Of a DNA stretch of 64,000 nucleotides, positions 1-14,620 are shown in pieces. Source of the stretch: Trichoplax adhaerens (lineage: Eukaryota > Animalia > Placozoa); assembly GCF_000150275.1 (NCBI RefSeq), contig NW_002060949.1, positions 1,113,836 to 1,177,835 of the forward strand, written 5' to 3'. Position 1 is the first letter of the stretch. Each line of letters begins with the position of its first letter. The notes beneath the pieces were generated by a model. That model was not told the DNA's origin. It saw nothing but the letters and a program-made list of their open reading frames with translations, and did no database searches. Position numbers and translations under genes: made by a program.

Positions 1-1206
1 TGATGGATGATTCATTGATGGCTAAAGCATGACTAAAGTAGTAATTACGCTATTAACGTTTACTAGTTCGACTGATGGATAAACAGAAGGCTAAAAATAG
101 TTATGATAGGTAAGAGGACTCAAAATTATTCACGCTACTTGTAGAAGGTGGCTACATTATAAGGTACAGATCGTCGAAATAAAATTGACTTTATTTTTTG
201 AAGAAAAATATCTATCTTTCCCCGAGAATCGAGTCTTGTTATGAGTCAAATGACGATATCCGTAACCTTAACGGATAATAAATTAGGTTAGACTTTCAGT
301 TTGGCTACGAGCTAATAGTTTAATCAATAGCGTAATGCTATCATAATGAGAAGTGTTGATACCAAGTGACTATGAAAGAGCTATTTTATTGAATTACGAG
401 ATATATGAGTATATATTCTTATCAATTTATCCGATTACTATTGCTGTTAAGCATACAGTAATAATGCTAGACTAACAATTGAATCCAGCTGGAGGTCCGG
501 TCCAGGTCTAACTGATATACGTTCTGTACGAACTCGTACTGTATGCGTAAAATGAACTGTCATCTACTATGCACGCATACTATCGTCTCCAGAGATTGAC
601 AGATTCTACACAGCTGTTACAGTTTCAGACTTTGAGTGAATTGTTGCTTTATATTCATTTATTGATATTACTGGGGCAAATTACTATTACGTAACAAGTC
701 TTTTCTTCCAACTTGAAAGATCTTTTTATGAGCAGCTACAATACAGTATATGGCAGTGAGGAAGTCCGTAACTCGCTCGTGATGCAGGAGGAAATTTATT
801 TTACTGGAGCAAGTTAACATACTGTACGTGAGAATCTCTTCTTTTTTAAGCATAGCCGCAAAAAAGTATCGAAATTACATCAAAATAAGAACCATAATAG
901 CAAAATCTGTATCGCATTTAGGGTTTCTCCATGACTAGCCATATTTACGTTCTAAAGCCCAATTTTGAGACAGACAGACAGACAAAGCAAGAAAAAAACC
1001 GACCCAAACTTGTTATACTTCCTCGGGCGGGTGGACCTTCATCGCCAAATGAGGCTTCTCAATATGGAAAAATGACTACTTAGTAAAAGGATCTTCCGTG
1101 TCTGTTTTTCTATATCGGTGGTACTAATTGAAATAACATTATAAAGCTAAATTAAGCCATCCGATCAAGCGAGAGCCAGTATTGCTGACTGTTTTATTTG
1201 TTTGTT

Positions 1207-1380
1207 CTACTGTACAGTATACGACCCATCTAGACTTATCCAGCATGGGTTACTTTCTTTTTCCATAACAATAGTGTACAGTACTGTACAGTATACAGAC
1301 AGTTACAGTATTACTACCGTACGACTTACTGTACTAAGTACAGTACAGTGCGTACTGTACAGTACAGTGTACAGTATAAT
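1207..1380. repeat. TACAG/CTGTA low-complexity palindromic tract upstream of FKBP12
   Basis: Dense TACAGTACTGTA-type words in both orientations (e.g. gtgtacagtactgtacagtatacag, cagtacagtgcgtactgtacagtacagtgtacagta) ending about 250 bp before the FKBP12 ATG. Confidence 0.85.
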
Positions 1381-1634
1381 GTATTCTTACTATGGTGTGC
1401 AAATTGGCCTGTCACCCGCTTTCTCTCTGATATCTTCTGCTACTACATAAGAGAATGTCAATAGGGTGACAGCTCATTTTGCAACGCAGAGTACAGTATC
1501 ACGTATTGGCGCACGAGTCAGCGAAGTTCAAACTCCACTTATAAAAGGTGAAAAGAAAGAAAGAGCTGCAAGCAGACTGCACATACGGCTGGACTCGAGT
1601 GGCTAAAACATTTCCTTCATTGAAATTGATCAAA

Positions 1635-4600
1635 ATGTCCGGAGAATTTCGTATTGAAACTATCGAACCCGGCGACGGTATTGAATAAATATATGATAAA
1701 TTAGTCACACTATGCCACCCTAAATATTTTGATAATCAACATCGTGTGAATTTGATATTCATCCCTTTTCTAGAAAATGGATGAGAATCTGGATAGACAG
1801 TAGTGCGCAGTTTAATTCTCTTCCAAGATTTGCATTAGAGCATGATTATGCTAGTTTACTCGTGAAATGGAAAGAATCAATCATCAGTAGAGTCATTATA
1901 TTACTATTAGTGAACAGGATGAGAAGCCACTGTATTCGATAACAATTTAGATCCTTTTCATGCGATTGGTGTTCATACTCAAAAACCGTTATTTTAACGT
2001 TTTTATCCTATCCAACTGATCTATTTAGGGGTTACTTTTCCTAAGAAAGGCCAAACCGCCGTTGTTCATTACACTGGTAAGTCACTTAAAAGATTAGAAT
2101 AAAATTGGTCATCATGGATAGAAGAGACCGTAAAACATGATAAAACTCTCCAACGTGAGAGCTCGACTATACAGTACTAGGAGGAAAGATCTCCTACACT
2201 TCTTGATCCGATCAATATCGAAAATGCACTGCGATAACTTACCAGTACTTCTTTAGCTTAGCCTAATTGCTCCTTACTGCTGGACACTTGCATAGTAAAA
2301 TATATCATAAATCAATAGTTAGATCCATCTCAACACTTATCGATATGTAAATGAATTAATTATATTCAACAGTCATACAGAATTCTAAAATATTAGTAAA
2401 TAGACTACAGGATAAAGTAGAATATGCCCATACTTGTAAATGAGAAAGATGGACAGTACTAGACTGCTGTTCGCAGAAGGACGTCAGCCTGGTCATAGCC
2501 TACAGATAGTACAGTACAGTAGTGTATTACTGTACCACACATAATTGTGGCTAGAATAAAAATACTCGAGAATTCGCAACAACAGTTCAAAATGATCGAT
2601 ATGCCGCATTTGATTTTCACGCATGGAAACGAACCCATAATTATTTATTTCATAATGCCGTACTTTTAATTAAATTTGCATAAATACATTATTTCACTTA
2701 TTAGGTACTATACGATTACATCGGTAATCTACGCGTTCGTACTACTGTACTTTTAAACTAATTAATTATAATTAATTAGTATTCTTCAGTTATCGGCGAC
2801 ACCTATTATAATTATTATTATCGGTTACTGGCACAATTTTTAACTTGTCTGTAGTGGACGAAATCATTGTATCGCTCTAAGATGACAGCGGTATCTTAAA
2901 TGCATGGTACGACATTTAGCTAATGCCTATCTAAAGAAACCCTCTATAGGAAAGGAATTGCTATCGCAGATTCGTTACATTTTGCTTGCACGTTTACTTA
3001 CTAGTTGCTTCAGTTTAGAGAAGAATAGTTTGCATGCATTTTGTTAACTTTATTTATTACATCCTACAGTAGCTATCACTTTCCAATTCTGACAGTGTTC
3101 GAGTAGGCCTATTATGTGGAAGTTTTGCCTCATTAATAGATTCATACTGTACCTTGTTCTAAGGCAGCTTATTGTCGCCGTTTTCTTAGGTACCCTAACC
3201 AACGGGAAAAAATTTGATTCATCAAGAGATCGCAATAAGCCTTTCAAATTCCGTGTTGGCACTGGTAGTGTCATTCGAGGTATATCACACAATTGCCTAT
3301 AATTATTTAGTTATAGTATAGAACATAAAATCTTAGTACAAATCCTGCTTGGAATACTACTCATTCTGTATCAGTGAGTCCTTAAGCAGCTATTGTAATC
3401 TTCTTAATGTGCTTTTATTGGATAATTAATTCCTATATCAACTTAACCAGTATAAATTTTAAATAAATAAAATACGTAGATTGATATCTGCATGAATGTT
3501 AAAACTATAGTTTGGTGCAGTAAGTTCTGCTGTTTTGCTCTGTGTTTATATACTTTTCCGTAATTAGCTCGATTAAATAGCATACGCTAGAATTTAAGGA
3601 ATAGCCGTATATCACCTTTCGATTTGTAGGACATTTGTCATATACTCTTGAAGATAATAATTCTTTGGATTTAGAGTAAACTTTATTATTAAATGGATTA
3701 TCTTAGTGAGTGGTTTCTTAATTTCTTTCCTTTTTGAATTTTTGATTATTGGTTATGATTACCATGATCTTTTTGTACTCCGATGTTTGGTAATATGGCA
3801 TAAAATAAATGTACAACTTGTTAGGATGGGATGAAGGAGTAGCGAAGGTAAGTTATCTGCATTTCAAGCGTTTATCAATTAACGCACTATTATATCCTAT
3901 AAGCCTGAATAAAGATGTAAGAATGAACCAGTTAGAATTAAGATACTGTATATTACAATCAAAATAATATCCTCCAGTTATTATCTTGGCCGTAGTGGGT
4001 TGAAGTAGGTAGATAATATTGTATACTCTATTTCTTGGCCCTCTTAAACTTTGGACCATGACGCAACTGCATTAGATGATGAAATTCTTCGATAATGTTA
4101 ATGTAATTTTATTAATATTATTGATCAATAATGTTGAACGCTGTTGGATCTCTAATTTTTAATAAGGTGTGATGTGCAGTATTTATATGTAAAAATCATT
4201 TTGTCTTTAATATGCACTTTTACAGATTTTTGACTTCGGTAGATTAATTAATCTTCTATGAATCATCAGATGTTCTGTAGTTACACTCTAATAAAAATAA
4301 CCAATAAACTTTTTTTTATCATACAGATGAGTGTTGGCCAACGAGCAAAACTTATTTGTCCACCTGAGTATGCGTATGGTTCTCAAGGCGTCCGCGGTGC
4401 ATATCCTTTCAAATATAATTATCATACCGCCTCTATTTTCCATTCGTTACGATTTTTGCTTATACACGTCATAATGCAATTACTTTGAAATTGAGTGCAG
4501 ATAAAAAATTTAAATGATTTATAGAACACGAGCATATACCCGCTCATTGGAGCGGAAAAGGCCACATGAAAGCCAATATACTGTATATAGTAGTAGTAGA

Positions 4601-5085
4601 AATTACCATGCATTTGTGTATATATACTCGCATTACAATTTTCTTAATATATACAGTATAGTATGATGCAAGCCTAAGCAATGATTAGATATATTACCCT
4701 TTAGATAGTGATAAAATGTACTACTAGTTACTATATGCAGAAATTCATTACTATGAAATAGAGCTTGCTAGCTACACCTTTTGTTATGGAATACTTGAAT
4801 TTTAAACTAAATGTAATAATGAGAATTTATAAACGAATACGAACGATAATTTAAATTAATCGCAGGTACTCGAGCTTGTTGAGGTTACTTCAATCACTTT
4901 GCCCGATTTTAGCTTGTAACGATTTAGACAAAGATGCTTCCTTTGAAAATGAAGAGTTTAGAATCATATACTAGCCTTCTTTTTTTCTATTCTCGACGAT
5001 ATCTACGGTTTGTTTTCTTAGCTTGCTCACTATTCCGCCAAATGCAACTTTGAACTTCGATGTTCAACTTATTAGCTTGGAATAA
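1635..5085 (+). CDS. FKBP1A: FK506-binding protein 12 (peptidyl-prolyl cis-trans isomerase), 110 aa, 6 coding exons
   Basis: Exons 1635-1677, 2029-2076, 3190-3279, 3825-3847, 4327-4400, 5031-5085 join in frame to [110 protein letters not shown], colinear with FKBP12 ([31 protein letters not shown]). Four GT-AG introns and one AT-AC intron. FKBP1A vs FKBP1B cannot be distinguished. Confidence 0.96.
4401..5030 (+). other. U12-type (minor spliceosome) AT-AC intron in FKBP12
   Basis: Starts ATATCCTTT (U12 5' consensus), ends ...TGCTCAC, with branch-like TTTTCTTAGC about 10 nt before the 3' end. Removal restores the ungapped FKBP12 frame (GVRGA|IPPNATL). Nearby GT donors paired with the adjacent AG give the wrong frame. 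Confidence 0.9.
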
Positions 5086-5720
5086 GTACTATGCAGCCTT
5101 GCTACCCCCTTGTATCAAAAGTGTGGATTGGTTGAAAATTGTAGGAGTACAAGAATATTTCGGGATTTCCGAGAGCTTTAATAGATGTAACTTTTTACTG
5201 GTGCCAAGTCGTGCACCAAATGTAGTATCTTGTACTTTAGAATGTTTTACAGCTTTGGGTCAATGTTTTATTTCTTAAATTGTAACGAATTTTAGAATAG
5301 CTATCGGATCGGTAATGTTCCGGCATTCACTTTATAATTCATGTATCTCTGCACTGATGACAGTTAGCTAACCAAATGTGTCAAATCATGTAATGGTCAT
5401 GATGCCACACTTGAAGTAGGTCAACAATCGCAATCTTATGAATTGCTCGCATTGATGCAAATGCGCTATTTTACAAATTATTTGCTGTTCCTTGTTTCTG
5501 CCTCTTTGTGTCTTCTGAAGCCATGGAGCATTGATTCAGTTGAATGTTTTGCCGTTGTAGATGTAGAGAATGAGTAGCGACCATTTCGAGATTTTATTTT
5601 AAGTCTTTATGTGAGCGATTACCATTCAAATTATGTTTGCATTGTATGCAAAATCTATGACACTATCGATGTTCCAATTCTAAATGTAGTGTACGCGTAC
5701 GATTAAGTGTTCGTCCGCGG

Positions 5721-5726
5721 AATAAA
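5721..5726 (+). terminator. Candidate polyadenylation signal of FKBP12
   Basis: AATAAA about 640 nt after the stop; no transcript support available. Confidence 0.35.
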
Positions 5727-5906
5727 AATCCTTCCGATACTAAAAATAATGTATTTATCGCTCTTTCATGATGTTTAGTCAACTCCTTATATATAATACA
5801 GTGAAGACTTGGGAATGTTATCAAGTTATGCACAACCGTAAATACCCAGATGCAGTAGAGTACGTGTATTAATATTACTTAAATTGATGTAATTGAGTAA
5901 TGAATA

Positions 5907-5996
5907 TGTTACGGCCATTCCTAAGAATGATTTTGCCCTTAAGATTGGCCGTGATCAATCTTAAGGACAAAATCATTCTTAGGAATGGCCGTAACA
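5907..5996. mobile_element. 90-bp fold-back (MITE-like) element with TGT...ACA ends and 4-bp AATA flanking duplication
   Basis: Arms 5907-5947 and 5956-5996 are reverse complements with one mismatch in 41 bp, 8-nt loop GCCGTGAT; flanks gAATA|TGTTAC...GTAACA|AATAt. Confidence 0.75.
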
Positions 5997-6723
5997 AATA
6001 TACACTGAAGCGACCGCGGTTTTTAAACAAGATTTGTGTTTCAGTTTAATTACCTTTATAGACGAATCTATCATTATTCTTCACAAATATGGTATGCTAA
6101 GCTACGTATCAAGTTCAACACTGTGGAACGCAGTGCGATATTAGTTTTAAGAAATTTTGTAACGAAAAATATCCCGTTATGACTCGTATCCTTGTCACCT
6201 TGCATGATTTTAAATCCTATTGACTACTAGAAGCTGTTATACCCTCGAACAACATGATACTGTATTCGTATTTTAAAATAAAAAACCGACTTACAGATCT
6301 GCACGTTGTACATACAACATTCCAGTAACGTAAAGTATGATGGTGTTACTAAATTGTAGACTATTAGCGAAAAGTTTACTAATTGAACGAGAATTATAGA
6401 TTATAGCCATCAGCACAGAATCCTATGACACAGAATATGCTTACAAGTATATGGATTAGTCATTACCTTACTAAACAAAGTAGATATAATTGTACACAAA
6501 GAATAATATACTGTACAACAAAAAATTTTTCAATTTGGTGCTTTATTTCACATTAATCGCTATAGCAGGCGCTATAATTTTGTCATTTAAGCATGACTCG
6601 TTATAAAATTCACTCCAATGAGTTCATACCGACTGATCTAACTTTACCAAATCAATAAATCTCATCACGATAGCGTTATATTGCATAGGACGTTAAATTA
6701 AAGTAAGTCACTAATACTAATTC

Positions 6724-9700
6724 TCACTTTAACTTAATAAAACGATGCTGAAGCTCGTAGATACCAACAGAGATATTCTTTTTTGAATCATAATCTGCCC
6801 AATCCTAGAATTACATATTTTGAATGGAAAAGATACAGAAAAGAGATTTGAGAATAGGAAGGCACCTAATACGTATACGTAATCTATAGCACCCGCGTAT
6901 AAATTTTCTGAGCTTAAGAAAATTAAATCCATTGATACAACCACCTAACCAATTAGCAGTAGTGTATATATGTACCTCTTCCGATAAATTGATGTCCGTG
7001 AAAGCCGTGTTCGATTCGGAAGATACTGCTTGAAATCCAATCTGTCAATAAATTGGGTGACGTAATAAGATGACTATAAATTTAACTATTCCGTAGCTAA
7101 CCATTCCGTTCGTATGATGGAATATTATTGCGAATCGACACTTAACCGTTATAGCTCTTACTAAAACTATTACCGGTTCACATTGAATGATTCAGCTAGG
7201 TACAGCATAATGCCAGTAAGTTACAACTCTGTGATACTGTACTAGGTTTTTATATCATATCACTATCAATTGTTATCAATTATACTATAACTATGACTAA
7301 GATAGCGAGATAGCTTTTTAGTTATCGATAACAGATACATTGCTAAGGTAATAAACAGTAGCACAGTTACGTTACCGGTAATAAAGTTAAATATATCTAG
7401 CCTACCCTTGGTGAAAAATTTGTTGGCTCTATGCCTCGGCAATCGAAAGCTACAATGGTTTTGTATTTTCTGCTTTCGCTGTCTTCGATCTAAGTAGATA
7501 AATCATTTGTTTCAAAATATACCGCTCACATCAGGTAATTGATGCAAGAATGCAGGAAAAAGCCAACACAGTCGTCATGACGTGTTATATTAATAAGTTT
7601 AAAAATTTATGAATCCTCTTACGTTATAAGGTCCTACACTTCCTTCTATGATATCTAGAATGAAAAAGTAAAACATTTACACATACAGAATCAGTGTTGC
7701 CATTTTAATTTATCTCTGACAACAATAATTTCAATTCAGTTATAGTTATCTTTACCACATTATCAGCTGGTGTTTATTGCACATCGAATATCATATGCTC
7801 CTATTTCATACCTATGGAATTTTCGCGCGAACATAACTTGCATTTAATGACTAAATTGGCACTACCGCGACCACCTTTCAACGGCGACTTATCCTAATTT
7901 ATCCCAATATTTTGAAGAGTTAAATCAGGGTTAGTATGATCTAGTTAGATATTTTCTTCCATCATCAACAAAATTAGCTCCATTTCGAGATAGACATGCA
8001 CGATTGCATGTGTACTGAAGATAATGGAGGCAGAGATCTATCGAAACACTCGATTTAATATGAAATTTATTGATGTTAGTAATCTGTTGGCAATTTGACG
8101 TTTTTACATAGTAAATAAATGTTATCCGTACATCACAGAAATGGTAACAAAAAAATTTTCCAACATGCAATCAATAATATGATCTAATTCAATATACTGT
8201 CAAGTGATTATGATCTTTAAAGGCTCAATGGATAAATGAAAAATCCGGATACGTTAATCAAATAAGTGCTAATTTTTTAAAGCGTAAACATATCTAAGCA
8301 TCTTTACTACTATACGAGCAAACGCTAATTGGCTATTTATTTTATACAGTACATGATGTAAAGATCGTACTAGCTACTACTTATTTCACTTACATCTTGA
8401 CATACATACACCCATGATGTTTCATCGCCACAATTAAGGCATTTCAGCTGTGAAGTATTACGTTGAGGAAAAGTATTATTAACGGTAAGATATCAGCTAT
8501 AGAGTCAGAATAAAGCTATAGGATTAGGTTACTATTATAAAATTTATTAGAACAGAGTACTTACGTATAGAATGTACACAATATTAACTTTATTAAATTA
8601 AAAATATTGCATAATATTGCTACTACAACGAAACTCGAGCAATAGTTGTGAAACTTATTTTACGTCAAAAAATATTGAGCCCATGCTGAAATCAATAGGC
8701 TACAAGCTATTAACTTCGTAGTAGACGACGAGCTTTAATGTTGTCGTAATTAACGCAATCTAGACTAATGCGTGGATAACTTGACTGCAATAGTTACTAG
8801 AATAAATGGTTATTTAATAATATCTATACGATAATTTAACTATTTCCAAGTAATTGGACTCTTTAAATACTCCACTGTAATTACGATATAATTTTGTTAT
8901 TAGGTTATAATTAGCAAGCCTAACAAATACGTGATTAATACTAATAGTATACTTTTAAATACCACCGAAAGTCTTCACCAGATGCTATCAAATTGGTTAT
9001 ATTCTCCAAATCAGCTTGTATTTGAAGGCCAACTTTCTATAATTTTAAATGTGGACTTTAGTGATGGAAAGCTCTAGGCATCCAAGATTGTTTATTTCCA
9101 TATATCTTATATCATACTTATATATACCGTATACATTTGTATATCAGCACTAGTTATTGTATCATTATAATTATTAGGATTGGTATATATTACAGTAGTA
9201 CAATACAACAGAAGATACGAGTGTACTACATGGTACTCCATAAGCATAATATTATGCAGTTTCCTTCGGTGATATTTATAGGTAAAAAACATTCATGATC
9301 CTGCTTTGGTTAGAAGTACCTGTAACCTTTGTATTATACCATGTTTAATTTATATAGCTGATGCATAATTTTAGAGATAAATGGATTACTATCTATCTTG
9401 GTGGTATTAATGAACAGTAGTCTTTCTAATTTACCAGTAAATAAAGAGTATGACAAAATTATTATCACCCATGATGATGCGATTGTTGATTCATGATTTG
9501 CACTAGTAACATTACACGAGAACATACCAATAAAATAAGTATCTTAGCTCAATATGCCAAGTAATCAAAAGTGGTTACGGAATACCAATATTGATAATTC
9601 GTTCAAGATTGGAGAATTTCAAGACCTGTACTGTATGTGTAATTTATCCTAAAATTATCTATTTTATTGACTTTACTGGTGATACCGGTTCATTGCAATT

Positions 9701-10413
9701 TCGATACTGGGAAATAAGAAATAGCAATGCTAGAATACGTACTATAGATTGCCTTCAATCAACTTGTTTCTAGTTTTGACAACGTAAGCAAAAGCAACTT
9801 TGTCCAGAGTTATGCTCTCTACAGCACAAAATTAATTTACTGCAATGAAACTACATCTCATCTAATTACCATAGCTGTTGCGTAAAAATACAGTAGGTGC
9901 ATGCATACGTATTCTACTCACTATACGAGTACAGTAGGACAGTCAGGAAGATACTCGTATGATAGGCGTTAAAGTTATATTGTAATCGTCCAATTAGAAC
10001 GTTAAGAGCAAATCTGCAACACTAACTACAACTCTACCTAGCTGTCCGAATAATAAATTATAGAACATGCAGCCAAGAATAAGTCTCTCACCAACTTGGC
10101 TAGCGTAGAGTGTAGCGCGAGTATTTAACTAAGTTAGTTACAGGAACTTGTGTAAGAATTCATTGCTTAGTCATGGGTTAGCAGAGCTCAATATCCATGT
10201 CGCCTATAGCTAGTAAAACTGATTGTCAACATTGTTCCATAGTATGGACTGTTTATAATAGAGGACTGTGCCATCTCGTTAACTCCATTATATCAGTCAA
10301 GTATTTTAGACAATTGTCATCCATTGCTTATTTTTACGGACGATCAAATTTGTACGCGTTTTTTTGTACTCCGTATTCTCTTACAAGATCGGTTTGCCTA
10401 GACTTACCACCAT
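6724..10413 (-). CDS. CZIB: CXXC motif-containing zinc-binding protein (UPF0587/C1orf123), about 162 aa, 8 coding exons
   Basis: Minus-strand GT-AG exons 10408-10413 (MV), 8953-9036 ([28 protein letters not shown]), 8394-8447 ([18 protein letters not shown]), 7812-7893 ([27 protein letters not shown]), 7623-7654, 7406-7489 ([19 protein letters not shown]), 6976-7041, 6724-6804 ([26 protein letters not shown]). Two CXXC motifs; colinear with C1orf123. Confidence 0.93.
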
Positions 10414-10458
10414 TTTGAACAGGCTTTGGAAAGTTGGCCACAACTGAGATCAAGGCTC

Positions 10459-11620
10459 AAATCTCACCCGCCGCTATACAGTATACACTGTATACAGTAC
10501 TTACACTACAGAAGGACGGATGGAAGAGGACAACACTGAGTTCAGTACAGACGTCAGTCCTAAATACAGTACTACTGACTACTGAGTGCTGTACTAACAG
10601 GGAAAGAATCAGTGTACTGTACAGTACAGTACTGTACACTGTAGAAATGATGTTACAGTATCGAAAAGGCAAAACCGTACATTACCGTACTGAGTACTGT
10701 ATTCCCTTTGTGATACTGGTATGTACTGTACAATGTACTGTACATACGGTACAGTACTGTACAGTACAGTACTGTAGCAGAAATTGAAAGTAGCGCCATA
10801 CAGTACAGTTGCTGTACAGTACTGTACAGCAACTACTGTAACTTCCATTTAGGCTATGGGTTACGATTCTGTATCAGCTATATCGACATTTTTTTTCTAC
10901 TGTATACTAAAATATATCAATTATTCTTTATACTAAATCCTATTAATATAAAATCTGTACAGTACTGTAGCAGAAAATGAAAGCAGCGTATATTGTAGGC
11001 TACGTACAGTACAGTACTGTATAGATGATGTACGGTACACTGTACAGTACTGAACTGTACTGCAGTACTGTACAGTACACTACTGTACACAGTCTACAGT
11101 GTACAGTACGGTGTACACAATCTCACCCGCCGTTGTACTGTACTCTACAGAAAAGACAGAAGGACAGTACTACAGTGCTGTACGCTACAGTATACTGTAG
11201 ATGGTATACTGTACACTGTACAGTACACAATCTCACCCGCTGTTGTACAGTACAGTACTGTACTGTTACACTGTACTGTACAGTACTCTACAGAAAAGAC
11301 AGAAGGACAATACAGTACTACAGTAGTTACGCTACAGTGTAGGTGATATGCACTGTCAGCTGTACAGTACTTTACACCGTACAGTACTATGTGATTATTT
11401 TCGATGTCTCCTCTTCGTTAAAAAATTAAAGTTGTATTCCGTTGAAATTCCTGTATAGTATTTATATATACCCATAGAATTATTAGGCTACAACCAAATA
11501 TAGAATTTATCTAGTTTGGGCTTGATTTAGCTTATACAATTATATGTTTTCGGGGTGCCATCGAAAATAATCACACTTGTACAGTACACAGTCTACAGTG
11601 TACAGTACAGTGTACACAAT
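10459..11620. repeat. Composite TACAG-filler array in the CZIB/UBE2W bidirectional promoter
   Basis: Anchor AATCTCACCCGC at about 10460, 11119, 11229; anchor CTACAGAAAAGACAGAAGGACA twice (plus a diverged copy near 10506); ACTGTAGCAGAAAWTGAAAGYAGCG at 10771 and 10964; anchors separated by variable TACAG/CTGTA filler. Starts about 45 bp from the CZIB ATG and ends about 335 bp from the UBE2W ATG. Confidence 0.85.
11390..11575. mobile_element. 186-bp MITE-like insertion with 17-bp perfect terminal inverted repeats
   Basis: TGTGATTATTTTCGATG at 11390-11406 and its reverse complement CATCGAAAATAATCACA at 11559-11575 enclose an AT-rich interior that interrupts the TACAG tract; no clear target-site duplication. 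Confidence 0.6.
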
Positions 11621-11954
11621 GATTGTCAAGTCATAGTGAAGACATCAACACGGCAATCTAAATTAAAAGGAGGCTGAGCAAATTGGCATCGCTAAAAAGT
11701 AGAAGAACAGCCCTATCCAAGCCAATATAAGTTCACTGTCCAATTGATCTATTCAACCTAACTGTAGATTCCTTGTATTAATATACTGACATTCATTCAA
11801 GAAGATTTAGCTGCTAGCACTTGCTGTTAAAGGCAACTTTAGACATCGATCAATATCACAAAGAGTAACATACAATTTATCCATCCTATTGCAGATTGAT
11901 TTGCTTGATTTTTTTTGAATACACCGGATAGGCAAAATTATTCATTGGGTCAAG

Positions 11955-14620
<2,666 letters not shown>

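Noticed and set aside
968-984. (AGAC)4 microsatellite and several 6-8 bp hairpins elsewhere (e.g. 58454-58473)
   Set aside because: Too short to exceed chance expectation.
668-1045. Possible first exons of a minus-strand gene divergent from FKBP12
   Set aside because: Candidate ATG/donor combinations led to stops; no protein recognised, though a non-coding leader remains possible.
10434-11342. ORFs rich in Y/S/T/V/Q/C (also 1202-1450, 24669-25608, 32500-33160)
   Set aside because: Translation artefacts of TACAG/CTGTA repeats, which lack stop codons in several frames on both strands.
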